From an archaeon (GTDB taxonomy: Archaea > Nanobdellota > Nanobdellia > Pacearchaeales > GW2011-AR1), in contig JBDRNS010000005.1 of assembly GCA_043810865.1 (NCBI GenBank), positions 68,821 through 113,346 on the forward strand: a stretch of 44,526 bases of DNA, read 5' to 3'. This document shows positions 1-9,609 of the stretch, in pieces (positions within the stretch are counted from its first letter, which is position 1; each line of letters begins with the position of its first letter). The notes below the pieces were generated by a model, which was not told the DNA's origin, ran no database searches, and worked only from the letters and a program-made list of their open reading frames with translations. The translations under genes and the position numbers were made by a program.

Positions 1-1207
1 CCTGGAGTTGATTCAAACTTTCTGTTGTCGCGCCCTCAATTAATTTTAGAACATCTTCCTGGTCTGATTTCTCAAGTTCTTCATTTATTTTTTTTATTTC
101 ATCTTCATTCAGTGAATATGCGCTGAAATATACATCTGCTCTTCCTCCGAAGACATAATGCGACTGCTGTCCGCCAATTCTTTGGGGAATCCCTCTAAAC
201 TTAAAATCAACAAGTGCACAGCCGTAATATTTTCTTTTTATTGTTTTTAGGAACGCATCATTCGTGAATTCTTCAGGAAGATTGCCTGCTACTGCAAGTT
301 TTTTGGGGTCAATAGGCGATTTTCCGAACAATGCAAGTTCAAGAAGAATTGAATTGAAAACTTTTACAAGTGCAGGTTCTCTTCCAGGTTCTGTGGATTC
401 AAGTTTTTGCGCAGCCGCTAAATATGGTTTTGCCCATCGCGCGTAAAGTTTCAGCGAGTTAACCTGACTTCTGAGATAAGTTTTTTCAAGTTCATATCTT
501 TTTTTTAATTCCATTTCTGACTGGGAAAGCCAAATATTGAATTCTTTTATTCTTGCAGAAAGAATTCTTTTTACCCTTTCATTCAAGTCAATTTCTTTTC
601 CGTTCGGCCATCTTAAAGATTCGTCTCTCGCGATTAAGAACGCGTCTATTAATGTTTGATATGCTCCAACCTGCTGGACTGCCATTGCTTTTATGCTTGA
701 GTTTCCCTTGTTTATATCAACTTTGTCCATCCAAATTTGCTTTAATGCGAGACGTGCTGCCTCTGATTTTTCTTTATCTTTTGTTTTCAAGTCATTGTAA
801 TACTGCAGACGTATTCTGAATTCTTTCAGGTCGTAAATTATATTCAAAACGCTTCGCAGAACTGTGTTTACATCTCCGAGAATTTTTACACCTTGCTGCT
901 GCATGACGGTTGCTCTTTGCCCGAGCTCTCCGAAATGCCCTGAGCCGGGAGAAGATGAGAAGTTGTCAATCAGTTTTTCAGTTTGCAAACCGCGGAGGTT
1001 CATTAAATCAAGAATGAAAAAATAAACCGGTTCGAGAGTTTCCGACGTGGAATCATAGACAAGCCAGTGTTCCAGAACTGGTTTTGGCTTTACTTCTTCG
1101 GCAGGGATTTTTTCAGGAGAACCATATTTTTTCAGCAGTTCTTTTCCGTTTTCGGCGTAAAGCCACGGATTTATTTTTCCAATAATTTGCTTGATTGTTG
1201 CAACCAT
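1..1207 (-). CDS. Conserved hypothetical protein, partial (3' end runs off the left edge)
   Basis: Open frame read manually from ATG at 1207 (MVATIKQIIGKINPWLYAENG...LEPVYFFILDLM...LKLYARWAKPYL...) with no stop down to position 1. Missing from the ORF track because it has no stop in the window. Confidence 0.8.
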   Translation of the reverse strand, partial: MVATIKQIIGKINPWLYAENGKELLKKYGSPEKIPAEEVKPKPVLEHWLVYDSTSETLEPVYFFILDLMNLRGLQTEKLIDNFSSSPGSGHFGELGQRATVMQQQGVKILGDVNTVLRSVLNIIYDLKEFRIRLQYYNDLKTKDKEKSEAARLALKQIWMDKVDINKGNSSIKAMAVQQVGAYQTLIDAFLIARDESLRWPNGKEIDLNERVKRILSARIKEFNIWLSQSEMELKKRYELEKTYLRSQVNSLKLYARWAKPYLAAAQKLESTEPGREPALVKVFNSILLELALFGKSPIDPKKLAVAGNLPEEFTNDAFLKTIKRKYYGCALVDFKFRGIPQRIGGQQSHYVFGGRADVYFSAYSLNEDEIKKINEELEKSDQEDVLKLIEGATTESLNQLQ

Positions 1208-1371
1208 GTTATGAACAAGAAGATTTGCTTAAAAAATGTTTCGAGGAACATTTTTATTATTTAAAGGAGAGATTGTCATTAATAATCTTAATTTAATCCG
1301 AGCGAAGCGAGATAATTTTAAAGAATTATGATTTGCACAATTCTTATAAATGACGCGTTCTTTTATTTTTT

Positions 1372-1728
1372 ATGGGGCTGTTTGGTTTTGGGAGAAAAGG
1401 AAATGATGTTGTTGATTTATCTGAGAGATACAGAAGACAGCAGGAGAAACTTGCTGAAATAAAAAACGAACAAACCAAAAAATTTTCAGAGAAAACACAA
1501 ACCGGCGGAATGTTCAGCATGTTCGACGGGAATCAGGGCTTTAACAATTCTCCCCAGACAGAAGCTGAGAATATTCCTGACAGCATAGAAGAGAGAAGAA
1601 GGAAACTTGCGAAACGGCTTTCTGACATGACGAACAAACTTGAAGAACTTTCTACGCAAATTTATCATTTGCAGCAAAGAATTGAAGTTATTGAACAAAG
1701 GATGAGAGTTAATGATTTCAAAAATTGA
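1372..1728 (+). CDS. Hypothetical protein with C-terminal coiled coil
   Basis: 118 aa ORF with a TATA-like ttataaa about 22 nt upstream; heptad-rich C-terminus. Confidence 0.75.
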   Translation: MGLFGFGRKGNDVVDLSERYRRQQEKLAEIKNEQTKKFSEKTQTGGMFSMFDGNQGFNNSPQTEAENIPDSIEERRRKLAKRLSDMTNKLEELSTQIYHLQQRIEVIEQRMRVNDFKN

Positions 1729-1762
1729 ATAAATTTATTAAGTTAAATCTTTTATTTCTTTC

Positions 1763-2974
1763 ATGAAAAAACTTGAGAGGAAAGCGCTTGCTTACGCGCT
1801 GAAAAATGCGATTGCTTACAAAGGCAAGGCACAAAAAGGAGCTGTTATTTCTGCGTTGTTTCACGAGGGCTTGAAAAAAGATGATATCAAGAAACACATG
1901 AAGGAAATTTCGAAAATTGTTTCAGAAGTTAATTCTCTTTCCTTGATTGAGCAGGAAAAAGAATTTGAGAAATTTGAAGATGAAGTCAGCGAAAGAAAAG
2001 GGCGAGAGGGTTTGGAAGAATTGCCGGGAGTTAAAGGAAAAAAAGGCAAAGTAATTATGCGCTTTGCGCCGAGTGCTTCAGGACCTTTTCATATCGGGCA
2101 TGCATTGACTGCTTCACTTTCTTTTTTGTATGTAAAAAAATACGGCGGAAAATTTTATGTAAGAATTGAAGACACGAATCCAGACAATGTTTTTTCCGAG
2201 GCATACAAAATGATAAAAGATGAATCAAAATGGCTCTTTGATAATTCTGCGGAGATTTTAATTCAGTCAGACAGGATGGGAATTTATTATGATTATGCTG
2301 AAAAGTTAATAAGAAAAAATGCGGCTTATGTTTGCACATGCTCCCGTGAGGAATTTGAGGACTGCGTTGAGGAAATGAAAAATTGTCCATGCAGAAAAAT
2401 TAATTTGAAGGAAAATCTTGAAAGATGGAAAAAAATGCTTTCTTTTTCCGAGAGTGGCTTCAAAAAAGGAACTGCTGTTCTTAGGTTCAAGTCAGGAATG
2501 AAAAATAAAAATCCCGCGTTCAGGGACTTTCCTCTTGCGAGAATAAATGAAACAGAACATCCAAGGCAAAAAAATAAATATCGGGTTTGGCCACTGATGA
2601 ACTTAGCGGTTTCAGTTGATGATATTGAAACAAAAATAACACATATAATTCGCGCGAAGGATCATATTGACAATGCAAAAAGGCAGGAAATGATTTTTAA
2701 AGTTCTTGGCAAGAAATCTCCATGGGCTGGTTTTTTAGGGAGAATTCATTTTAAAGATATGGAATTGTCGACGACAGAATTCAGGAAAGGGATAGAAAGC
2801 GGAAAGTTTTCCGGATGGGCGGACAAAAAACTGCCGACGATTGCTTCATTAATTAAACAAGGTTACAAACCGGAAGCGTTTTGGAAACTTGCAGAGCAAA
2901 TCGGGCTGTCGGAAAATGACAAGGTAATTAACAGAAAAGAATTTTTCACGTTGCTCGATAATTTTAACAAATAA
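1763..2974 (+). CDS. gltX: Glutamyl-tRNA synthetase, archaeal type, lacking the C-terminal anticodon-binding domains
   Basis: Archaeal N-terminal ALKNAI..KGKA, RFAPSASGPFHIGH (HIGH), RIEDTNP, IQSDR, AYVCTC, RVWPLMN, THIIRAKDH, LSTT in the KMSKS position; 403 aa. Confidence 0.93.
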   Translation: MKKLERKALAYALKNAIAYKGKAQKGAVISALFHEGLKKDDIKKHMKEISKIVSEVNSLSLIEQEKEFEKFEDEVSERKGREGLEELPGVKGKKGKVIMRFAPSASGPFHIGHALTASLSFLYVKKYGGKFYVRIEDTNPDNVFSEAYKMIKDESKWLFDNSAEILIQSDRMGIYYDYAEKLIRKNAAYVCTCSREEFEDCVEEMKNCPCRKINLKENLERWKKMLSFSESGFKKGTAVLRFKSGMKNKNPAFRDFPLARINETEHPRQKNKYRVWPLMNLAVSVDDIETKITHIIRAKDHIDNAKRQEMIFKVLGKKSPWAGFLGRIHFKDMELSTTEFRKGIESGKFSGWADKKLPTIASLIKQGYKPEAFWKLAEQIGLSENDKVINRKEFFTLLDNFNK

Positions 2975-3025
2975 ATTTGAAGGGAATATCATAAGATTTT
3001 TAAATGAATTTTTATAAGAGATTTT

Positions 3026-3403
3026 ATGAGAAAACTAACTAGAAATATTTTGTTAGCATCAGGATTTTTGGGCGGTATTTTAACAGGAAATCTTATTCCG
3101 AAATTAGATATTGATTACAGAAAAATTATTGATACTACCACACCAGTATTTTATTATGATGCTAGTGCAGAAAGATTTATAGGAAAAATGGAAAATTCGG
3201 TTATATCTAATTATTCGTGGGATGTTTTTTTCAACCGCTACAGAAGATTTAGTTTGACATTTAGAAAAATTGAAAAGCAAATAGGCGACGAACAATATTC
3301 TGGTTTTGTTGATTCAAATGGTAATCTTAGAAGTTTAACAGGCAGGGTTATTGCTGGGTTTGAAAACAGTCACGATGTTTCAAGATATTTAATTCCCAAG
3401 TAG
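3026..3403 (+). CDS. Hypothetical protein with N-terminal hydrophobic segment
   Basis: 125 aa ORF with upstream TATA; N-terminal signal or anchor-like stretch. Confidence 0.6.
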   Translation: MRKLTRNILLASGFLGGILTGNLIPKLDIDYRKIIDTTTPVFYYDASAERFIGKMENSVISNYSWDVFFNRYRRFSLTFRKIEKQIGDEQYSGFVDSNGNLRSLTGRVIAGFENSHDVSRYLIPK

Positions 3404-3457
3404 AACAAAAATCTTTATAAACCTGCTTTTTCTATTACATTCATTAAAAGAGGAAAA

Positions 3458-3898
3458 ATGGAAAAAAACAAACGAGGACTCTCGGCAATTGTGATAACTT
3501 TGATACTTGTTTTGTTGGGAATTGTTGCCGTCGGTGTTGTTTGGGTTGTGATTAATAATATTGTTCAGAGCAGTTCAGGGCAGGTTAGCACTGGCGCTAA
3601 ATGTCTTGAAATCAGCGTTACTGCAACAAGTGTTGTTGCAGGTGCTGCAGGAGAATATGATGTTACATTGAGAAGAAGTGCTACAGGTGGGGATATCGGT
3701 GGAGTGAAAATGGTGCTCTTTGGGGATACAGGAAATTCTGACGTTGTAGAATTTGGAGAGGCACTTGAGCCACTTGCTACAAAAACACAGACAATAACCT
3801 TTGGAGATGTTGGAACTGCAAATAAGATTGAAGTAACACCATATCTTACAGCAAATGATGGTTCTGCAGCATGCACAACTGCAACACTTGAATTTTAA
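3458..3898 (+). CDS. Archaeal type IV pilin-like protein (class III signal peptide)
   Basis: KNKRG|LSAIVITLILVLLGIVAVGVVW prepilin-peptidase motif followed by a beta-rich domain with two Cys. Confidence 0.85.
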   Translation: MEKNKRGLSAIVITLILVLLGIVAVGVVWVVINNIVQSSSGQVSTGAKCLEISVTATSVVAGAAGEYDVTLRRSATGGDIGGVKMVLFGDTGNSDVVEFGEALEPLATKTQTITFGDVGTANKIEVTPYLTANDGSAACTTATLEF

Positions 3899-4112
3899 AA
3901 TAGTTAAATTTTTAAATTGATTTTCTGTTTGGTTTTTATGATAAACGCTAAGAGTTATCGGCATAATTAAGAACGATTTTCTTAGTTATTACTTTCTTTG
4001 CACAATTTTTAATAAGAATATTTTTATACTATTCCCGACTGAATTAAATATCAGGCCTGACCCGAATTTAGAGGGAAAGTTTGATAAAGAAAACCGATTA
4101 GGTTGCCTTTAT

Positions 4113-4202
4113 GGTGGATGTAGTTTAGTGGCAGAACGCATGGTTGTGGACTACGAACCAGACAAAATCCGTGTGGCGGGAGTTCGATTCTCCCCATTCA
4201 CC
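4113..4202 (+). tRNA. tRNA-His(GTG) with 18-nt intron (4150-4167) and genomically encoded G-1
   Basis: Acceptor GTGGATG/CATTCAC; G-1 opposite C73; anticodon stem CATGG/CCGTG; TTCGATT T-loop; BHB helix TTGT/ACAA with 3-nt bulges; CCA not encoded. Confidence 0.92.
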
Positions 4203-4256
4203 CTCAATCTTTTTAGAAGAGATTGGACAAAACCCGGCCAAAACAAGAAAAAGAAA

Positions 4257-4802
4257 ATGACTCTTTATTTTATGACAGGAAATCATGAGAAGTTCAATGA
4301 GGCAAAACTATTAATTCCTGAGATTGAGATGCTGGCTTTGGATTTGCCTGAGATACAGGGAATGAACACGAGGGAAATAATTGAAAATAAATTATTGGAA
4401 GCGGCGAAAGTCAGGAAAGGCGTGGAATTATTTTGTGAGGACACTTCTTTGGGAATTAATTGCCTTAATGGTTTTCCTGGGCCTTTGATTAAATGGTTTT
4501 TGCAAACAATCGGGAATCGGGGGATTTATGAGCTGGTTTCAAGATATGAAGATAATTCTGCATATGCGAGATGTGTGATAGGTTATCTTGACAAAAAAGG
4601 CGCGATGTATTTTTTTGAAGGAGAAGTGCAGGGAAGAATAGTTCAGCCGAGAGGGGAATCAAGTTTTGGCTGGGATCCTATTTTTCAGCCGAGTGGTTAT
4701 GACATGACTTTTGCAGAAATGGGCATAGGAGAAAAAAATAAAATAAGCCACAGGATTATAGCTTTAAATAAACTAAAAGATTATTTGGAGAAAGGAAGAT
4801 GA
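4257..4802 (+). CDS. rdgB: Non-canonical purine NTP pyrophosphatase (HAM1/RdgB, ITPase)
   Basis: [37 protein letters not shown]. Start moved to ATG 4257 because the longer ORF overlaps tRNA-His. Confidence 0.93.
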   Translation: MTLYFMTGNHEKFNEAKLLIPEIEMLALDLPEIQGMNTREIIENKLLEAAKVRKGVELFCEDTSLGINCLNGFPGPLIKWFLQTIGNRGIYELVSRYEDNSAYARCVIGYLDKKGAMYFFEGEVQGRIVQPRGESSFGWDPIFQPSGYDMTFAEMGIGEKNKISHRIIALNKLKDYLEKGR

Positions 4803-5212
4803 AAATATTATTTGTATGCAAGTATAATAGATTTAGAAGCCAAATAGCAGAACAATTCTTCAGGAAATATAGTAAAAATAAAAACCTTGAGGTTAGCAGC
4901 GCCGGATTATTAGAAGGAAGATACCCTCTTGATAAAAAGGAAACGGATATTGTTAAAAAATTTGGAATTAAAATTAATAAAAAACCAGAGACGATAAGTG
5001 TGGATAAATTAATGAAGACAGATTTGGTGATAATTGTTGCTAATGATGTCCCAAAGAGCACATTTAATTGCGAGGGAAGATATATCCAGAAAATCATTGT
5101 TTGGAAAATTCCTGACAATTTCACAGAAGACAAAAAGAGAATAGAAGAGATTATTAAGTTAATAGAATTAAAAGTAAAAAAATTGGTTAAAAATCTGGAG
5201 GATGAAAAATGA
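4799..5212 (+). CDS. Low-molecular-weight phosphotyrosine phosphatase / ArsC family protein
   Basis: [17 protein letters not shown] (CxxNxxRS P-loop), SAG, WKIPD. Confidence 0.85.
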   Translation: MKILFVCKYNRFRSQIAEQFFRKYSKNKNLEVSSAGLLEGRYPLDKKETDIVKKFGIKINKKPETISVDKLMKTDLVIIVANDVPKSTFNCEGRYIQKIIVWKIPDNFTEDKKRIEEIIKLIELKVKKLVKNLEDEK

Positions 5213-6339
5213 CAGAAACAGTAAAAGGTTTTCGTGATTTTACAGGCGAAGAAGCAGAGAAAAAATCAGAGATAAAAGGAATTATAAAAAATGTTTTTGA
5301 AAAATACGGATTTGAATATGCTGAGACGCCTTTGATTGAACGCGAGGAATTTGTCAAATCCGGAAATGAAAATGACGAAGCGATTTCAGATATTTTTAAG
5401 TTGAAAGACAAGGGAAAAAGGAATTTGGCTTTGCGTTATGAATTTACTTTTCAGTTGAAACGCCTGATGAAAAACAAAAAACTTCCTTACAAGAGATATC
5501 AGGTTGGCGAGGTTTTCCGTGATGAGCCGGTAAGTTCAAATCGATTGCGACAGTTTACGCAATGCGACGCTGATGTAATAAATTCAACTATAAAAGATGA
5601 AGCAGAAATTCTTGCAATGGCGAATGAAATTTTAAAAAAACTTGGAATTGAGCCGATTATTTTGGTTAATAACAGAAAACTTCTGAATGAAATTCTTGAT
5701 GATTTGAAAATAAAGAAAAACAAGGAACAAGTTTTGCGGGAAATAGACAAATTTGATAAAATTTCTGAAAAAGAACTGAAAGCAAACCTGAAAAAACTGA
5801 AAGCAGAAAAGATTCTTGATGCGTTGAAACAAAAAGAAGATTATTTCAACAAGTTTGAAAGTTACAGAGAAATTATTTCGTTGAGGGATTATTGCAGGAC
5901 TTATGGGATTAAGGTTTTGTTTTCGCCTACGGTTGTGCGTGGACTGAGCTATTACAATGAAAATGTTTTTGAAATAAAAGCCAAAGGAATCAGGGAAACA
6001 ATTGTTGCAGGCGGAAGTTATGTTTTTGACGGAATTCAATGCACAGGAATTTCCTTGGGTTTGGAACGACTTTTGGTTTTGGCGAAAATAAAAATTGAAA
6101 ATGAAAAATATCTTGTTGTTTCTCTTGGCGAGGACAAAAAAGCAATTGCTCTTGCGCAGAAACTTCGCGGTTTGGGAAAAATTGTTTCAATTTATTATGG
6201 GAAGCCGACAAAAGCATTGGAATATGCAAATGCTTACAAAATCGGAAAAGTAATTTTTGTCGGCGAGAAAGAAATAAAATCCGGAAAGTTTAAAGTTAAG
6301 GATATGAAATCAGGAAAGGAAAGTTTGTTGAGGGTTTAG
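5209..6339 (+). CDS. hisS: Histidyl-tRNA synthetase (compact)
   Basis: VKGFRDF, LALRYEFT, VFRDEP..RLRQFTQCDAD, VRGLSYY, AGGSY, GISLGLERL, C-terminal HGTP anticodon domain. Confidence 0.92.
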   Translation: MTETVKGFRDFTGEEAEKKSEIKGIIKNVFEKYGFEYAETPLIEREEFVKSGNENDEAISDIFKLKDKGKRNLALRYEFTFQLKRLMKNKKLPYKRYQVGEVFRDEPVSSNRLRQFTQCDADVINSTIKDEAEILAMANEILKKLGIEPIILVNNRKLLNEILDDLKIKKNKEQVLREIDKFDKISEKELKANLKKLKAEKILDALKQKEDYFNKFESYREIISLRDYCRTYGIKVLFSPTVVRGLSYYNENVFEIKAKGIRETIVAGGSYVFDGIQCTGISLGLERLLVLAKIKIENEKYLVVSLGEDKKAIALAQKLRGLGKIVSIYYGKPTKALEYANAYKIGKVIFVGEKEIKSGKFKVKDMKSGKESLLRV

Positions 6340-6430
6340 ATGAAATGTGAAATTATATTTACAAGTCATGCTAAAAAGAGGATGTTGGAAAGAGGAATTA
6401 AACTAAATAACTGTTATAGACAGACAATGA
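6340..6430 (+). pseudogene. Internally deleted DUF4258-family (RelE-like) toxin remnant
   Basis: N-terminus IIFTSHAKKRMLERGI is joined out of frame to a typical C-terminus ITVIDRQ*, whose TGA overlaps the next ATG (ATGA at 6427-6430). Confidence 0.65.
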
Positions 6431-6633
6431 AAATAACATTTGATAAAGAAGCTGATGCCTCATATGTTTATTTTAAAGATATTTCTGAAAGCGAAGTTGC
6501 AAAAACTATTTCTCTAAATGATTCTATAAATATCGACTTAGACAAAGATGGGAAAACTTTGGGAATCGAAATTTTAGATGCCAGCAAAAATTTGCCTCAT
6601 AATTTTATGAAATCTGCAGAAATTATTGGCTAA
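6427..6633 (+). CDS. DUF2283-family protein (putative antitoxin)
   Basis: MKITFDKEADASYVYF...INIDLDKDGKTLGIEILDASK matches the DUF2283 pattern. Confidence 0.85.
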   Translation: MKITFDKEADASYVYFKDISESEVAKTISLNDSINIDLDKDGKTLGIEILDASKNLPHNFMKSAEIIG

Positions 6634-6651
6634 GAACTGTGTTAAATTTGA

Positions 6652-7086
6652 TTATTCGAAAAGATATGGTGGCAAATTTTGTTCCTGCAATTGTCTTTCT
6701 TGTTCTTGTTGAGTGAAATAATTTTCTATATGGCTTCTCATTAAATTACATATCTCTTTTACTTTAGGATTTCCTGGAGAACTAACTTTTTTAATACCAT
6801 TAAATAACTCTGGAAACACACCTGGATTATCGCCATAAAATTCAAAGTATATTGGCCCCCACGGACGGGTTAGCATGGTTAAACTTCTTCTAATTGTTCT
6901 GCTTTCTGCTTGTGAGCCAGAGAAACTCGTATATGTCACAGAATGAGAACTTAGTTGAAAATATTTTACTCCTTCCATTCTTTGGTTTAGGTATTTTAAT
7001 AAATCTATTGCAGTTCCATCTGTTATTTCTTTTGGAAATTGAATATCAATTCTTTCATTTAATTCATTTAAACTTTCTAGTTCCAT
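6652..7086 (-). CDS. Hypothetical protein
   Basis: 144 aa ORF with upstream TATA; no recognised motif. Confidence 0.6.
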   Translation of the reverse strand: MELESLNELNERIDIQFPKEITDGTAIDLLKYLNQRMEGVKYFQLSSHSVTYTSFSGSQAESRTIRRSLTMLTRPWGPIYFEFYGDNPGVFPELFNGIKKVSSPGNPKVKEICNLMRSHIENYFTQQEQERQLQEQNLPPYLFE

Positions 7087-7140
7087 TTTCTTGTTATTAT
7101 AATTAAATATATAAGTATTATTGTTATAAAGTAGTTATTT

Positions 7141-7251
7141 GGGCTCATAGTTTAATGGCAGAATTTATCGTTCGCAGGCAGAAAAACCATATTTGCGCGT
7201 TGCGCGCAATCGGAAAACGATAAGATTCGAGTTCGATTCTCGATGAGTCCA
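7141..7251 (+). tRNA. tRNA-Ala(CGC) with 40-nt intron (7177-7216)
   Basis: Acceptor GGGCTCA/TGAGTCC with G3:U70; A73; anticodon stem TATCG/CGATA; central helix TTCG/CGGA; intron hairpin TTGCGCG-TTG-CGCGCAA. Confidence 0.9.
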
Positions 7252-7285
7252 TAAACTTTAAAAATAGTTATTTTCTTTGCAGGAA

Positions 7286-7606
7286 ATGAGAAATTACAAT
7301 ACAATTAATTATAAAGGGAAGGAATGGAGATATGTTTATTTAGATCCTGATCCATCGATTGATGAAAGAGTTGTTGATGGTGTTATGTGGAATGTAGTGG
7401 ACATGCACAAAAGAGATTTAGAAATAAAAAGTGTTAATACAGAACTTTATGAAGCAAGAATTGAGATGCATAATCGTGCTGCAATGGGAACGTTTGTTGG
7501 AAAAGTGTTTAAGGCAGAATTAGAGTCATTAACAGGAAAATCTAAATTAGGAATACTTCTTTTAGATACACTTTCAGAAATGCGAGAGGCCCCTGTTTTG
7601 AATTAA
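7286..7606 (+). CDS. Hypothetical protein
   Basis: ORF following tRNA-Ala; ATG 7286 lies about 25 nt after tttaaaaa. Confidence 0.6.
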   Translation: MRNYNTINYKGKEWRYVYLDPDPSIDERVVDGVMWNVVDMHKRDLEIKSVNTELYEARIEMHNRAAMGTFVGKVFKAELESLTGKSKLGILLLDTLSEMREAPVLN

Positions 7607-7609
7607 TTT

Positions 7610-8278
7610 TCACTCAACCTCCAATTCCATTCTCCAGTAATGGTTTTCTCCGTGGATTTTTTTGCTTTTTACTTGCAATCCACGATTGAACATTGGGCAG
7701 TTTAGGACGAATGTTTCAAATTCTCCGCCTTCGCCCGCAGGATGAATTTTGTATTTTTCATTTAATATTTTAACTTCTTCTATAAATTTTTTATCAATTA
7801 TTCTTCCTAACCATGTTTTGTCAAGAGGATATGCTGAGACGCCTATAACAATTATTTTGAATTTGTTTTCAAGCAGTTCATTAAGATATTCAAATTCATT
7901 TTTGTGCCAAAGCGGATTTACACACTGCAAATTTAAATCGTCGCAGATTTTTTGTATTCGCGATGCCTGATAATCACTATGCAACGCGCCTGTGATAATT
8001 CCCTCAATCTTGTATTTTTCTTTTGCTTTTTTTATAATATTCTCTAAATCAATTAATTCTTTTTCTTTCTCGCCTTTTGTTTTTCCTACGAGAAGAGGAA
8101 TTCCCATCACTTCTGATTGTTTTTTTGTTTTTGAAATTGAAGGAGTGTGAAACATGTAGCTGTCTTTGTTTTCAGAGATTACAGAAATCAGACAAACAAT
8201 TTCGTTTCCTGCTTTTTTTGCGAGGTAAGTTGCAAAAGTGGAATCCTTTCCGCCTGAAAAAAGTGTTGCGAGTTTCAT
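7610..8278 (-). CDS. dph6: Diphthine--ammonia ligase (Dph6-like PP-loop ATPase)
   Basis: LFSGGKDS, DSYMFH, GALHSDYQ, NPLWH, HPAGEGGEFETFV. Confidence 0.9.
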   Translation of the reverse strand: MKLATLFSGGKDSTFATYLAKKAGNEIVCLISVISENKDSYMFHTPSISKTKKQSEVMGIPLLVGKTKGEKEKELIDLENIIKKAKEKYKIEGIITGALHSDYQASRIQKICDDLNLQCVNPLWHKNEFEYLNELLENKFKIIVIGVSAYPLDKTWLGRIIDKKFIEEVKILNEKYKIHPAGEGGEFETFVLNCPMFNRGLQVKSKKIHGENHYWRMELEVE

Positions 8279-8340
8279 GTTTTATGAAGTTGTGATTTAT
8301 TATATAAATGTTTTTAAATGGAAATTAATTAAAAAATATA

Positions 8341-8499
8341 ATGGATAGAATAATAGAACTTGAATTAAGTATCGCATCACATTCAGAAGCAATAAGAAAT
8401 TATATTAACGAAATACATGGAAAATATGAATCCCTAAGACGAAGTAAAGTATTAGAAGAAGATAGACAAAACGTAGTTGAATATCAACCCACAGATTAA
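8341..8499 (+). CDS. Small hypothetical protein (52 aa)
   Basis: MDRIIELELSIASHSEAIRNYINEIHGKYESLRRSKVLEEDRQNVVEYQPTD*; TATA about 25 nt upstream; fills the gap and its stop overlaps the scpA stop. Confidence 0.45.
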   Translation: MDRIIELELSIASHSEAIRNYINEIHGKYESLRRSKVLEEDRQNVVEYQPTD

Positions 8500-9314
8500 T
8501 CCCCTTTTTCTTCCTCAACTTTTAAATCCTCAAAAGGACTGTTGTGCTTGAGATAAGTATTTTTCATCCAGATATGAATGTCACCGAAATGCTCGTCCTG
8601 GTGAAGCCAGATTTTTTTCTGGTTTTCAAGATGCAGCAAAGTTATGAAATAAGTTATTTTGTCTTCGCTGTTTTCAGGAATGATTTCCGCGAATTTTATG
8701 CTTGTTTTTTCTCCATTTAAATGCCCGTATAATAAATTGTATATTTCTTTAATCTTGTCTTTTATTCCAGAGTTTTTTTTCGGCAGTGAGAATGATGCGT
8801 CCCTTATTGTGTTTGACTGAATTATTTCTTTTCTTATTCTTCTGTTTTCTGTTATGATTGCTTTGTTAAGTGATTCGACAAGTTCCCTTATGCTGACTTT
8901 TTTGAATCTTGGTATAGGGCTTTTTGGAATTAGTTCAGGAATTTCCTCATCAAGTTCAATTCTTTCAATTATTTGTTTTTCTCTGTCTCTTTTTCCAAAC
9001 AATATTTCGTCTATGCTTTTTATGTATTTGTTCAGAAGAATTTCTGATTTTATTCTTAGCAATAATGCAGCTGCAAGAAGCACTTTGCTTGATATGAAAT
9101 AGTTTTCTTCCTCGAACTGGTTTATTTTTTCAAGATATTTATTTGCAAGAACATTTATATCAATGTCCCATGGATCCAGTTGTTCAGTATTAATTAAATC
9201 GTAGATTATTTCCTGCCAGCCGATTTCCCTGCTGAATAAGATGTCATGCACTTTTTCCTGCTTAAGATTAACAGATTCGGGGAGATTTTTGTTTTGTTCA
9301 CTATCTTTTTCCAT
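8496..9314 (-). CDS. scpA: Segregation and condensation protein A (kleisin)
   Basis: QLDPWDIDI..LANKYL, SSKVLLAAALLLRIKS, FITLLHL...LHQDEHFGDI. Confidence 0.9.
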   Translation of the reverse strand: MEKDSEQNKNLPESVNLKQEKVHDILFSREIGWQEIIYDLINTEQLDPWDIDINVLANKYLEKINQFEEENYFISSKVLLAAALLLRIKSEILLNKYIKSIDEILFGKRDREKQIIERIELDEEIPELIPKSPIPRFKKVSIRELVESLNKAIITENRRIRKEIIQSNTIRDASFSLPKKNSGIKDKIKEIYNLLYGHLNGEKTSIKFAEIIPENSEDKITYFITLLHLENQKKIWLHQDEHFGDIHIWMKNTYLKHNSPFEDLKVEEEKGD

Positions 9315-9609
9315 TATTAAATTAAGAAAATGTATTTTATAAACATGCGTAGTGCCTAATAATTATCTTGTAGTGTTTATCAAAATCACTACTATAAGTG
9401 AATTACCTCTCGTCATTCTTTAAGAGTAACAAAACCGAAAGGTTTAAATAGAAGCTCCACTCATATTTTATATCACCTCTTTTTCCCCAGGAGAGCATTC
9501 AGGTCTACTCTTTTGACGGACTTGAAAACTCTCCCAGGGTTATGATTATAAAATTTATTAAAAAGTCGTGGAGCAAGTTAGTTTTGTTTTTGGAATTAGC
9601 TCCCACGCG

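Noticed and set aside
264-1264. Short + strand ORFs at the left edge
   Set aside because: Antisense shadows of the long minus-strand ORF starting at 1207.
4128-4256. N-terminal extension of the RdgB ORF
   Set aside because: Overlaps tRNA-His; homology begins at MTLYFMTGN (4257).
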